This document shows, in pieces, positions 9,646 through 19,315 of a DNA stretch of 64,000 nucleotides. Position 1 is the first letter of the stretch. Each line of letters starts with the position of its first letter. The DNA is from Nitrosopumilus sp. Lineage in GTDB: Archaea > Thermoproteota > Nitrososphaeria > Nitrososphaerales > Nitrosopumilaceae. The notes under the pieces were generated by a model. That model was not told where the DNA came from and made no database searches. It worked only from the letters and a program-made list of their open reading frames with translations. Both the position numbers and the translations under genes were made by a program. Where the stretch lies: the NCBI GenBank assembly GCA_965214775.1, contig OZ243974.1, forward strand, positions 2,240,001 to 2,304,000, written 5' to 3'.

Positions 9646-10670
9646 CTAGTCATCTGCGTCCCTCTCCATCCATTTTGCGTCCTTCTTCCTGATCGCTTCC
9701 GTTGCCTCCTTGCTTCTAAACGCCAGAAGCGGCGTCTCACAGTTGGCAATGTCAAGCGAAAAGTGAAGCCTTCTCTCGTTGTAATAGTCCACGTACTGCC
9801 TCAGGCCGTCATAATGCCCTATCTCCTCCTCGATGGTGCGATGGTTTTTGCCTCGCAAGACAGCCAAAAGACGGGCAGGTCATAATGCCCTATCTCCTCC
9901 TCGATGGTGCGATGGAGCCTCTCCAGCTTGCCGTTGGTCTGCGGGTGATATGGCCTGGTGTTTATCAGGATGATGTCCCGTGTAAGCAGCTCCTCTTCAA
10001 AGAGCGTGGGCTGCCACGTCCCCATGCCGGTGCCGCCTTTGGAGGCCGCCTTTTTTCTGCCGTTCTGTCCTACAAAGCACGAGCCATTGTCAGACAGTAT
10101 GGATGCAGGCGTGCCAAACCTCTCGATCGCCAGCCTGAGTGTCATTACGGCGTTCTCAGAGGTGGCATGCTCAAATAGTGCGGCCCCCGTAATGCACCTT
10201 GAGGCATCGTCAAGATACGTGACTAGGTTGAGTCCCTTTAGGCGCGGATCCTTCATTTCATGCCAGTCCACATGCCACATCGCGTTGGAGTATTTGCGCT
10301 CAAAGCGGACGTATCCCCTCTTTTTTGATTTTGCCGCAGACGGAATCACCAGGCCGTTCTTCTTCATTATGCGGTATACTGCACGGTAGCTTGTATTGTG
10401 ATTGTGCCTCAGCCTGCCTGCGGTGCGCAGTACGCCTGTCGGTTCGCCCTCGTGCGTCCCGGTCACCAGACGTATCTGGGCTGCCGTGACCGGGACATGC
10501 GGCCTGCCCATTTTCACGCGCGTCGTACCTGTTGCCTGGAACCTGGCCCACAGCCTCCTTACATGCCTTGCCGTGATGTTCAGATCCTTGGCTATCTTGG
10601 AGGACGCGACGCCTTTCTTGCACTGTCTTACTAGGTACTGCCGTGACTCTTCTGTCAGTATTTTTTTCAT
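9646..10670 (-). pseudogene. IS481-family (rve-type) transposase frameshifted by a 71-bp duplication plus insertion
   Basis: WHVDW, YLDDASR, SDNGSCF, PYHPQTNGKLER; C-terminus (YVDYYNERRLH) continues in another frame. Confidence 0.9.
9808..9915. repeat. 37-bp exact direct repeat (9808-9844, 9879-9915) around a unique 34-bp insert
   Basis: gtcataatgccctatctcctcctcgatggtgcgatgg x2; insert tttttgcctcgcaagacagccaaaagacgggcag. Confidence 0.95.
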
Positions 10671-10782
10671 GGTTTTTCGTGATCGGTACAGCCTAAAATA
10701 GTCCGCTATTGTCCTCCTGATCCTAGGCGGACCGACTTTTCGTACAATAGAGCTGGCGGTTTGATCGTTTGAAAACCAAGAA

Positions 10783-12065
10783 GGCGTTGTCCGGAATTTT
10801 TCCAGAAATCTACCGATAAGCTTATAGATCATAAGCGCAGGATGCGACAACCTTATGGATCATAGGATCGACGTCCCCGTATCAATGAAATCAAAGACCA
10901 ACAAGAAGGAATCCAAGAAGGAATCCAAGAAGGAATCCAAGAAGGAATCCAAGAAGGAATCCAGCAAGACCAGCAAGAAAAAAAAGTCAGAGTACACGAG
11001 ACCTCCGGAATACTATGCCGAGTACGAGAAAAAAAGGAGAGAGGACAGCAAGAGGTGCGGCATCGGAATCAAAAAGATCCGCAAGATCCTCCTGTCCCTC
11101 CTCCATAACACAGAGCAAGAGGATGAAATTCCCTATCTTCTGTGCGTACTCGACATGGAGTACCGCGGAAACTCGTATCGCAGACACGTCGAATACATGG
11201 AGTCGAATCCTGGTTCAACTAACATGTACGGGCTCAAAAAGGTTCCGGCCAAGTCGACACTGCATGATGCAGCCGTAAGGATAGCTGCCTGGGACAAGTC
11301 GGTGCTAAGATCGGTACTCTCAGAACAGGCAGGCGCAGACGCCAGGGGAACGTTGCTTGGCGACTCTAGCGGTTTCTCCATAATGAGATACCACACATGG
11401 GAGGACGCAAAGAAGGGCGTCATATCCAGGCAGATGTTTGCCAAGCTGCACATACTGTTGGCCCCGCACGGCAAGATTGCCGCCTGCGAGGTGACGCCGG
11501 GCGAATTCCATGATTCCCCGGTGTTCCGTAACGAGCTGCTGCCGCAGGTTCCCAACGGCACAGGACACGTGATCCTGGATGCCGCATACGACTCGTATGA
11601 GAACTGCAGGGTCATAGCCGACGGAGGCAGAACCCCAGTGATATGTCCGCGTACAGGATATACGGTTCACGGGTTCAACGCCCGCTCCAAGATGCTAAGA
11701 TGGCACAAAAAGGACCCCGAGGGATTCGAGAAGACGTACCACCAGCGCAGCCTCGTTGAGTCGGCCTTCTCGTCGATAAAGGCAAGGTTTGACTCCACGG
11801 TGCGCGCCATGTCGCTTCCGATGCAGTCGCTCAGGCTTACCCTCAAGGTATTCTGCTACAATCTGGTCAGCTAGGATCCATAATGCCGGTACGGTGGAAT
11901 CGTCCGGCTAGCGGATGCTATGCAGTATGACGTCAAAACACGGGCCATAACTGCACAATGCGGGCCGGAGTGCGGATTCGTCTCTATGTTTGCAGTCATT
12001 GCGCCATGATTTTGTACAAATCTCCCCGGAAATCACGTCCTAAAATCACGATTCCGGACAACGCC
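10783..12065 (+). mobile_element. IS5-family element, 15-bp perfect TIR, 9-bp TSD AACCAAGAA
   Basis: ggcgttgtccggaat…attccggacaacgcc; aaccaagaa at 10774-10782 and 12066-12074. Confidence 0.93.
10855..11874 (+). CDS. IS5-family transposase with N-terminal (KKES)5 tract (12-bp tandem, 10903-10962)
   Basis: GDSSGF, KLHI, LDAAYDS, YHQRSLVESAFS. Confidence 0.92.
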   Translation: MDHRIDVPVSMKSKTNKKESKKESKKESKKESKKESSKTSKKKKSEYTRPPEYYAEYEKKRREDSKRCGIGIKKIRKILLSLLHNTEQEDEIPYLLCVLDMEYRGNSYRRHVEYMESNPGSTNMYGLKKVPAKSTLHDAAVRIAAWDKSVLRSVLSEQAGADARGTLLGDSSGFSIMRYHTWEDAKKGVISRQMFAKLHILLAPHGKIAACEVTPGEFHDSPVFRNELLPQVPNGTGHVILDAAYDSYENCRVIADGGRTPVICPRTGYTVHGFNARSKMLRWHKKDPEGFEKTYHQRSLVESAFSSIKARFDSTVRAMSLPMQSLRLTLKVFCYNLVS

Positions 12066-12144
12066 AACCAAGAAAAAAACCATAAATACACCTGATCGCT
12101 AATTTGACTAAAACTTATCTAGTCAGTATAATTGACGCAAAACG

Positions 12145-12936
12145 GTGGAAGAAAAATTCCTTCAAATTGACGGCAACAGGATTCGATATCTAGAGTCAGG
12201 CACTTCAAATAACACACTTGTCCTGATTCATGGTCTGGGGGCCTCGGCTGAGAGATGGAACCAGGTAATTCCATTGTTTGAAGAGGACTTCAAAGTCGTT
12301 GCCCCTGATCTTGTTGGATTTGGATACAGTGACAAGCCCCTAGCTGACTATACTCCGGAGTTTTTCGCTGATTTTTTAGAAAAATTTTTTGATGCCTCAA
12401 ATCTTAAAAGGCCAAACATTATCGGTTCGTCACTGGGAGGTCAAATTGCAGCAGAATTTGCAGCATCACACTCAAGGCATGTCAAAAAACTAATCCTTGT
12501 CTCCCCTGCAGGCACAATGAAGCAGTCGACTCCGGCCCTTGATGCATACATTATGGCTGCAATGTATCCTAATGAGGAAAGTGCAAGAAATGCATTTGAA
12601 ATGATGGAGGGGGGCTCTGGCAAGAGTGTCAACGAAAACATCGTCAATGGCTTCGTTGAGCGAATGCGCCTGCCTAATGCAAAGCTGGCATTCATGTCCA
12701 CCCTTCTTGGATTAAAAAATTCTGAAACAATCACTTCAAAACTACAAACAATTTTTGCCCCTACCATGATAGTGTGGGGGTCAAATGACCCTGTAATTCC
12801 AATCACTCATGCAGACAGCTTTGTTTCATCCATTCAAGACTGCAGGCTTTACCGCATGGATGGATCCGGACATACTCCATATGTTCAGTATCCTTATGCC
12901 TTTGCCAGAAGAGTCCTTGAATTCCTCCATGACTGA
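12145..12936 (+). CDS. Alpha/beta-fold hydrolase
   Basis: LIHGLG, PDLVGFGYSDKP, GSSLGG, WGSNDPVIP, SGHTPY. Confidence 0.93.
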   Translation: MEEKFLQIDGNRIRYLESGTSNNTLVLIHGLGASAERWNQVIPLFEEDFKVVAPDLVGFGYSDKPLADYTPEFFADFLEKFFDASNLKRPNIIGSSLGGQIAAEFAASHSRHVKKLILVSPAGTMKQSTPALDAYIMAAMYPNEESARNAFEMMEGGSGKSVNENIVNGFVERMRLPNAKLAFMSTLLGLKNSETITSKLQTIFAPTMIVWGSNDPVIPITHADSFVSSIQDCRLYRMDGSGHTPYVQYPYAFARRVLEFLHD

Positions 12937-12979
12937 CATTTGGATGCATTTAAATACCCCTAATCGACATTGATTACCA

Positions 12980-13414
12980 ATGAGTGGTATTAATAACCAA
13001 TATGATCCTTCTGCAATGTTCAAAGATTGGATTCAAAAGAGCGGTCAAGCTCAAGCTGAATTTATGAAAAATTTTGGAGCATTGATGGGCAGCCGATCAA
13101 GTCAGACCTTCAACCCGTTAGAAACTCTAAGGGAAGTCTCTGACAGTCTCAGGGAAGATCAATCATATTTGGTAAAAAACATCTCCTCTATGCAAAACAG
13201 AGGCATGGATGCAATGCTCAACATGGGACAAATGCTTTTGTCTTTTATGAATTGGGGTGCATACAAAACCACCGTTGGCAGCAATGGACGAATCTCCATT
13301 CCCGAGGCTGAGCGAAATGCGCTTGGCCTGGACGAGGGGGATCTGGTTCAAGTCATTATCCTGCCAATCGAAAAGAAAAAATCAAATAAAAAAAGTAAGG
13401 AGGTGAAAAATTGA
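12980..13414 (+). CDS. AbrB/SpoVT-domain protein, PhaR-like regulator candidate
   Basis: C-terminal VGSNGRISIPEAERNALGLDEGDLVQV; lies next to PHA genes. Confidence 0.8.
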   Translation: MSGINNQYDPSAMFKDWIQKSGQAQAEFMKNFGALMGSRSSQTFNPLETLREVSDSLREDQSYLVKNISSMQNRGMDAMLNMGQMLLSFMNWGAYKTTVGSNGRISIPEAERNALGLDEGDLVQVIILPIEKKKSNKKSKEVKN

Positions 13415-13839
13415 GTGAGAACAAAGTAACACAGGGAAATTCCAAGGATGTATTTTCTGTATGCCAAGAGAATGTAGACAAATTCTTTGATGGCATTAAA
13501 CAGTCAGTACCACAGTATCACCAGTCTGTCACAAATGTACAACATGAATACCTGCAAGCATTTGAAAACGTAGTGGATTCATCCATATCATTGCAAAAAC
13601 AATTTGCAAAGAAAACCGGCATTGCAACAAACATTCCTGAGGCAGCATTAAAAGTGGTGCGCGACATAGCAGAGGAATGCGTAAAAGCAGCATCATTGCA
13701 AAACCAAATCACACTGGCAACAATTGATGCAACACAACAAAACATCAAGACGTTCAACGACAACGCAAAATCTTTTGCTGATTTGAACAGAAACATTCTA
13801 CAATCCTGGATTTCTGCATTCACAAACAAAAACAACTAG
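13411..13839 (+). CDS. Phasin-like helical protein
   Basis: Amphipathic Q/N/A-rich helices; overlaps the AbrB gene; adjacent to phaC. Confidence 0.55.
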   Translation: MSENKVTQGNSKDVFSVCQENVDKFFDGIKQSVPQYHQSVTNVQHEYLQAFENVVDSSISLQKQFAKKTGIATNIPEAALKVVRDIAEECVKAASLQNQITLATIDATQQNIKTFNDNAKSFADLNRNILQSWISAFTNKNN

Positions 13840-13866
13840 GTGATTTTTTTACCTCGTTTTTCTTTT

Positions 13867-14931
13867 TTACGATCTTTTGGCCAGCCACTGGCCCAGTTCT
13901 GGCAGTACCTTCTTTTGTGATAATCTGCTGGCAATCATGCCTACGTGTCCAGTCGGGTACATGCGCAGCGTCTTGTCTTTGCTTCCTATGGCATAGTGCA
14001 ACGGCATGCTGCATTCTGGGGATACCAGGTGATCTCCCACTGCAACCTGCGTAAATACCGGCATGTCTATCTTTTTCAAGTCAACATGCTTTCCTTCAAT
14101 GTGCATCTTGTTCTGAATCAGCAGGTTGTCTTGATAGATGTCCTTTATCCATTGCCTGAACAACTCTCCGGGAACAGGCGGGGTGTCCCCCAGCCACTTT
14201 TCCACCCGAAGGAAATTGTCAACAAATCTCTTGTTGTCGATATTTTTGAAGAAATTCACATATTTTTCGATTCCTTGCTCAAACGGCTTTAGAACTGAAA
14301 AGCAGTAATACATGAATTCTGGAGGCATGTTTCCGATAATTTCTACCATCTTATCCACGTCCATGTGCTTGGCAAGATTGCTGATCACAGTGGTGTCCCT
14401 CCGCCCGTCAATTACCGGTGCAGTTGCAATGTAGTTTTTCACACTCTCTGAATGCAATGAAGCGTATGCCGTTGCAATTGTTGCGCCGGTACAATACCCC
14501 TGCAGTGAAATTTTTTCATTAGATGACTCGTTTTTGACATACTCTACATATGCGTCAAGGTACCCGTTGACATAGTCGTCAAAATCCAGATACTTGTCCA
14601 TGCTAGTCGGTGTCCCCCAGTCTAACATGTATACGTCAAATCCCTGTTCGAGTAAATTTCGAACCCAGCTCTTTTCTGGGTGGATGTCTAAAATGTGAAA
14701 CCTGTTAATCAGCGCATACGAAATCAACAGCGGCGTCTTTTTCTGCTTTTCAGTCAACGGGCGGTAATGCAGCAGTCTTGTCTTGTCGATCTCTTGAACT
14801 ACGTCATGCGGCGTTACCTCCAGACTGATCTCGTCTGGCGCGGAAACTAATTTTGGCGCATCAATTACATTTTTGCTAAATTTTAAAACTTCCTCGATAA
14901 TTTTCGGGTCTACTCTTGACTCACTTTGCAT
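13867..14931 (-). CDS. phaC: Class III polyhydroxyalkanoate synthase, catalytic subunit
   Basis: TPLLISYALINR, LDWG, GYCTG lipase box, DHLV, GHVG. Confidence 0.95.
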   Translation of the reverse strand: MQSESRVDPKIIEEVLKFSKNVIDAPKLVSAPDEISLEVTPHDVVQEIDKTRLLHYRPLTEKQKKTPLLISYALINRFHILDIHPEKSWVRNLLEQGFDVYMLDWGTPTSMDKYLDFDDYVNGYLDAYVEYVKNESSNEKISLQGYCTGATIATAYASLHSESVKNYIATAPVIDGRRDTTVISNLAKHMDVDKMVEIIGNMPPEFMYYCFSVLKPFEQGIEKYVNFFKNIDNKRFVDNFLRVEKWLGDTPPVPGELFRQWIKDIYQDNLLIQNKMHIEGKHVDLKKIDMPVFTQVAVGDHLVSPECSMPLHYAIGSKDKTLRMYPTGHVGMIASRLSQKKVLPELGQWLAKRS

Positions 14932-15499
14932 TTTTCCTCAACTCTTGCTTCCTTGACTGCAGTTCTAGCTTTCCGACCCGTTTTTTCAAGGAATGAATTT
15001 CCCTGTAAACCTCGTCAATTTCCTCCTTGCTTGGAAGGTTTGCCGATTGCAAAATGACGTTTGTAATGTTGTTCCAATGCCTTGTCAGCTCTAGTTCTTT
15101 TGAGACCAGCTTTCCATAGTTTTCTCCAAATTTTTCAGAATCAAACAGTTCTGTAAAGTCATTGTCAAAGATATCGATCCAAATTCTTTTGAATGCCTCC
15201 ATCTGTTCAATATCTTGAGGAACCTCTGGGGCCTTTAGATTGACTTTCTTTTGGGCTGCCGTCCATGTCTCAGTCAACTGCCTGTAATATTCGGCAAGAT
15301 GCCGGTTGAACTCCATCATGATCTGATTAATCTCAATCATTTCAGTTGAGATCTTCTTTGAGTTTGCAGCAAATGCCCTCATTGGGCCAACTGAGGCAAG
15401 TGCCTGAGGCTTACTAGACATCAGATGGATGATATCTGTCCAAAACAGGGCCAGGTGCTTGTACTGGTCGGTGATTTCTTTGGGGGATTTTGATTGCAC
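14921..15499 (-). CDS. phaE: Class III PHA synthase subunit E
   Basis: Overlaps phaC; LPSKEEIDEVYREIHSLKKRV C-terminal motif. Confidence 0.88.
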   Translation of the reverse strand: MQSKSPKEITDQYKHLALFWTDIIHLMSSKPQALASVGPMRAFAANSKKISTEMIEINQIMMEFNRHLAEYYRQLTETWTAAQKKVNLKAPEVPQDIEQMEAFKRIWIDIFDNDFTELFDSEKFGENYGKLVSKELELTRHWNNITNVILQSANLPSKEEIDEVYREIHSLKKRVGKLELQSRKQELRKNAK

Positions 15500-15552
15500 A
15501 GATATCTATTTGTACGGATTGCAATAAATAGATCGCTTGTCAAATTAGACTG

Positions 15553-15945
15553 ATGGACGATGTTGAGGATCTTGAGAAAATGTGCCGGGATGTCATTGCC
15601 CTTGATTCAAAAATGCGCTCTGCAAGACTGATCAACAGCCGGGGCCATCTGATTGCAGGTGGGATGAAGGAGGGACTTTTGTCATTAGAGGCGCAAAAAC
15701 AAGACGAAATGATGTTCATGGAACTTGCCTTGCGCGTAAGAATGCGCCGCGAATTTGACAACGAACTTGGCGAGGTTCATTTTTCAATGTCTTACAGGGA
15801 GAAAGTCATTGTGATGAGCTTTCCTCTGACAAATGATGATGTTGTTTTGGTTTCATGCGAAAAGGACGCTGATTTTGGAAAAATCCCGTTTGAGATTCTA
15901 AAAATTATTGCCCCCTTGAAATCAACTCCGATGAAAACTTTTTGA
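15553..15945 (+). CDS. Roadblock/longin-like thaumarchaeal protein (DUF6659-type)
   Basis: MRSARLIN..G.LIAGGMKEG…FDNELGEV. Confidence 0.75.
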   Translation: MDDVEDLEKMCRDVIALDSKMRSARLINSRGHLIAGGMKEGLLSLEAQKQDEMMFMELALRVRMRREFDNELGEVHFSMSYREKVIVMSFPLTNDDVVLVSCEKDADFGKIPFEILKIIAPLKSTPMKTF

Positions 15946-16391
15946 TTCGAGTTTCAAGGATGAATCCAATGAAATCCCGAGACGCTGATTATTGGAGCAA
16001 ATCTAAATCTGGCCTCAGCACTGGCAAAAAACCTCAAAAAAAATTGCCTGGAATTTTTTTGTAGTGCTGCAGTTGTCAGGGGCAGGGGCAGATTAATTTC
16101 TGTAAGACTAGCTGCAGACAAACCAGGAATCAAAAAAAAAATTCATGTCTATGAAAAAAATTTCCCATGCCTCTTGATTGCAGACGATGTTTTTGGTTCT
16201 GAGAAAGAAGTTTGAGAAAATAGTTTTCTGCGTAGGCAATCCTTCTATTTTTGTGTTGTTTGCTGTATTACTTGCGCGATGTGAAAAAAACATCCTTGAC
16301 GGCTATTGTTGTTGCTGCCGGTATGTTCTAAAAAATTACAGATTACAACTATCTGGTTTTTCCTTGGGATAAACGATCTTCTAAACGCCGC

Positions 16392-17303
16392 TTATTCTGT
16401 CAGTATTTTTCTCAGTCCCACACACCTGTTTCTGATTGTCACTTCGGTGACTCCTGATGCAATGGATATGTCTTTTTGTGATTTCACTTCTCCCGTACTG
16501 ATACATGCAAGATAAAGTGCGGCAGCCGCAATCCCCATGGGATCTTTTCCTGCAACCATGCCTAATTTTTTGGCCTTGTCTAAAATCTTGATGGCCTTTC
16601 TTTTGCTCTTTTCACCAAGTCCCGCAATGCTGGCAATTCTAGATACACCCTTGACAGGATCAACTACGGGCATCTTTAGTTCCAACTCTCTGAAAATCAG
16701 CCTGTAACATCTTGCAACGTCTTTTCTTCTGATGTTGATGCCCTTGGCAATATCGTCTAATGTCCGGGGCGTTTCCGTATTTCTACACGAAGCATAGAGA
16801 CATGCTGCAACCAGTCCCTGGATGGAGCGTCCTCTGACAAGTTTTTTCTCCATTGCTTTTCTGTAGATGTAGGCTGCTTTTTCAATGACTGCATCAGTCA
16901 ATGCAAGCTTGTCTTTTAGTTTGTCCATCTCGTTTAGCGCCTGTCTGAGATTTCTGTCCGTTGACGAATGGGCCTGTGTTCTGCTGTCCCACGTTCTCAA
17001 CCTTTCTATGGAGCTTTTTACACTTGCTGAAAGCGGTTTGCCCGTGGAGTCCTTGTTGACTGAGCCAATTACTGTGGATAGTCCCATGTCGTGCATTGTA
17101 AGTGACGTGCCTGCGCCGACCCTGGTTCGGTTTGTCTCATCATTGGAAAACGATCGCCACTCTGCCCCGGTGTCTGCAATCTTGTCTGTTACAACAAATC
17201 CGCATTTTCCACAAAACAGTTCTCCCGTATTTTCATCAGTGACCATTCTTTTGTCACCGCATGCAGGACACTTTGGCCCTGACATCATCGAGTTTTTGAG
17301 CAT
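16392..17303 (-). CDS. tfb: Transcription initiation factor IIB
   Basis: Zn ribbon CPACG…CGKCG, EWRSF, RGRSI, GVTEVTIRNR. Confidence 0.97.
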   Translation of the reverse strand: MLKNSMMSGPKCPACGDKRMVTDENTGELFCGKCGFVVTDKIADTGAEWRSFSNDETNRTRVGAGTSLTMHDMGLSTVIGSVNKDSTGKPLSASVKSSIERLRTWDSRTQAHSSTDRNLRQALNEMDKLKDKLALTDAVIEKAAYIYRKAMEKKLVRGRSIQGLVAACLYASCRNTETPRTLDDIAKGINIRRKDVARCYRLIFRELELKMPVVDPVKGVSRIASIAGLGEKSKRKAIKILDKAKKLGMVAGKDPMGIAAAALYLACISTGEVKSQKDISIASGVTEVTIRNRCVGLRKILTE

Positions 17304-17416
17304 GACTGAGTAGGTTTTCTTATTTGCCTTATTATCCGTTTTACCAAATTTCTGAAGGTTAATCGTGTGTAGGTTGAGCTAAGTCTCATTCCCGTTTCTT
17401 GGAATATGTTTTGGCT

Positions 17417-18850
17417 TCATCCAAGCAGGCAGTATGCGTATGATGGCGCATATGACGGATACATTATGCTTGTTTTATCGTTATGTTCATGTCGCAGTCC
17501 GATTGAATGGCCTAGCTCATGCGTCATGATTGTCTCTACACTGCTGACATCATACAATTGAAAACTCCCGTCACAACTGTAGTCTCCTAGTGTTACCTCC
17601 ACTATTCCCTTGCCCAAGTGCGCATGACCTAAAACGCCGTCTCCTATGTCTCTGACAACCCACGTGACCCAGACATTTGCCTCGTGTTTTAAATTTGTGA
17701 CTTTGAACTTTACTTTGGCTTTTTGATTATTTGTGATGAGGTCTTGTGACTCCCAAAATTCAAACGAATTGTGCAAGGTACCGACATGATCCAAGGGCAG
17801 GCCTGTTGGCTGTTCGTTAACGTATACTTTGTAATAGATGACGTATTTGTCCCCAACGATTTCATAGGTTGGATCTGGAAAGTCTTTTGAAGCTTTTTTT
17901 GCTTCCTCTTCGAAATTCCATTTCGCGTAATCCCTGAGGAATTTTTTGATTACGTCTTTGCTGGGATTTGGAAATTCAATGTATCTTTTTTCTTTGGAGA
18001 TGTTATTTGCAATGTCCCTCAAATACATGTCAAAATAGCGGCTTTCCCGGTCCAACTCTTCTTGGGTTTTTTGAACCGGCTGGACACTAATCTCTACAAA
18101 ACCATTGTCCACTAGCCACTGAATGCTTTTGAAAAATTCCTCATCCGGCAAAAGTCTTTCTGCCCACCATCCTGCATTGTTTTTTAACCATGACGGCATT
18201 TCTGGATCTGATGAAGCCCCTTTGGAACCCCCATCGTATGGGACATCTATGATGTTGCTTGCAATGAGGTATTCGATCCCCCTTGCAAAGTCCTCATCTG
18301 TAATTTGAGATGACGCCCACCAGCCTGCAGAATTACGTATCCAGTCTGGGACTGGCCTTGCCTCCGGACCTGACAATTCCCGGGGCTTTTCTGTTGGCGT
18401 ATACGGGTATTTTGAGATGACATTTTCCACAAATTTCTTGTAGTTGGCAAGAACATTGCTGCTTGGTCTTTGCTCTATTGCCTTTTCAAAATATTTTTTC
18501 GACTCTTCATATTCGCCTAGGTTGCCAAACCCTAGTCCCATCCCGGACAGTGCAATGACATCATCTGGCATATGCTGCAATATTGCAAAAAACTGTTTAA
18601 GCGATTTTTGATGCTCGTTGATGTTGCTCTGGGCAATTCCCTTCATTTTTAGAGTGGATATGTTGTTTGGAGAGATCTCTAAAATATCGTCATAAATCCT
18701 TATTGCCTCGTCATAATCCCCCCTGACAAAATGCGCGTTAGCCTGGTTGAACATCTCCTCGGATTCCTCTTTTTCTGCTTGCCCATAAACCGAACCAGTC
18801 AAGACTGATGCGCCACACAAAAGAACCAGCAAAATCTGAATTCCGTGCAT
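17417..18850 (-). CDS. Secreted TPR + PxWIRNxAGWW + matrixin-type zinc metalloprotease
   Basis: Signal peptide, TPR helices, HELGHSIGLRH, SIMYP Met-turn. Confidence 0.88.
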   Translation of the reverse strand: MHGIQILLVLLCGASVLTGSVYGQAEKEESEEMFNQANAHFVRGDYDEAIRIYDDILEISPNNISTLKMKGIAQSNINEHQKSLKQFFAILQHMPDDVIALSGMGLGFGNLGEYEESKKYFEKAIEQRPSSNVLANYKKFVENVISKYPYTPTEKPRELSGPEARPVPDWIRNSAGWWASSQITDEDFARGIEYLIASNIIDVPYDGGSKGASSDPEMPSWLKNNAGWWAERLLPDEEFFKSIQWLVDNGFVEISVQPVQKTQEELDRESRYFDMYLRDIANNISKEKRYIEFPNPSKDVIKKFLRDYAKWNFEEEAKKASKDFPDPTYEIVGDKYVIYYKVYVNEQPTGLPLDHVGTLHNSFEFWESQDLITNNQKAKVKFKVTNLKHEANVWVTWVVRDIGDGVLGHAHLGKGIVEVTLGDYSCDGSFQLYDVSSVETIMTHELGHSIGLRHEHNDKTSIMYPSYAPSYAYCLLG

Positions 18851-18979
18851 GATACGTTTTTGCCCGCTTATTTTAGATATACTTTGTTTCTGTTTTCTTC
18901 TACTGTCTTGCGCGCAGCGCTTGCGGTTTAAGTCATTTTAGAAAATCTTTAATTCGTTCATGATGGGGAGTTTTATGTA

Positions 18980-19315
18980 ATGACGAATATTGGCGCCGGT
19001 GAAGTTGTCTATGAGCTGCAAAAGAGAATCCAACGAATCCGGAATGAATTAGACGAACTTGGCCTGCCATCTGAAATCCCGGAACTGATCACCTCTGCCA
19101 ACCTACTTCGTTCAAACGAGTATCTGTCAAAATCCAATGAAAAGAAGACCGAGCTTCTTGAAGCATATGATCAATATTCTCGCGCCTTGGAAGAACTGCT
19201 ATCCTCCGTACTTGAAATTCAGCACGATCTTAAGGAAATTCTAAAAGAACAATCCTCCATGATTGCAGATGCAAGACCTGGAAAAACTAGAGCAAGATCC
19301 AAAACTAGAAAATAG
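18980..19315 (+). CDS. Hypothetical coiled-coil protein
   Basis: 111-aa ORF with host-like composition. Confidence 0.75.
   Translation: MTNIGAGEVVYELQKRIQRIRNELDELGLPSEIPELITSANLLRSNEYLSKSNEKKTELLEAYDQYSRALEELLSSVLEIQHDLKEILKEQSSMIADARPGKTRARSKTRK

Larger units (their letters stand above)
9622..10751 (-). mobile_element. IS481-family element with imperfect ~25-bp TIRs
   Basis: tgtagtatatgaaaagtcggttcgc vs (rc) tctattgtacgaaaagtcggtccgc. Confidence 0.85.
3869..10752. mobile_element. ~6.9-kb transposed unit flanked by 14-bp direct repeat CTGGCGGTTTGATC (3855-3868, 10753-10766)
   Basis: Exact direct repeat. Right border coincides with the IS481 end; left border reads TGTAG once the nested IS630 is removed. 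Confidence 0.65.

Noticed and set aside
9808-9915. Annotating the two-repeat units as canonical CRISPR arrays
   Set aside because: Only two repeats each; the repeats are transposase coding sequence and differ between sites; no leader or cas genes in the window. Kept as repeats and as a hypothesis.
9819-10850. 343-aa ORF as listed in the track
   Set aside because: The N-terminal ~60 aa run through the IS end and into the neighbouring IS5, and the C-terminus is a frameshift product. The real start is at 10670.
15950-16390. 440-bp gap between the roadblock-like gene and tfb, with short ORFs
   Set aside because: Poly-A/T-rich; no credible gene, repeat or RNA structure could be supported.
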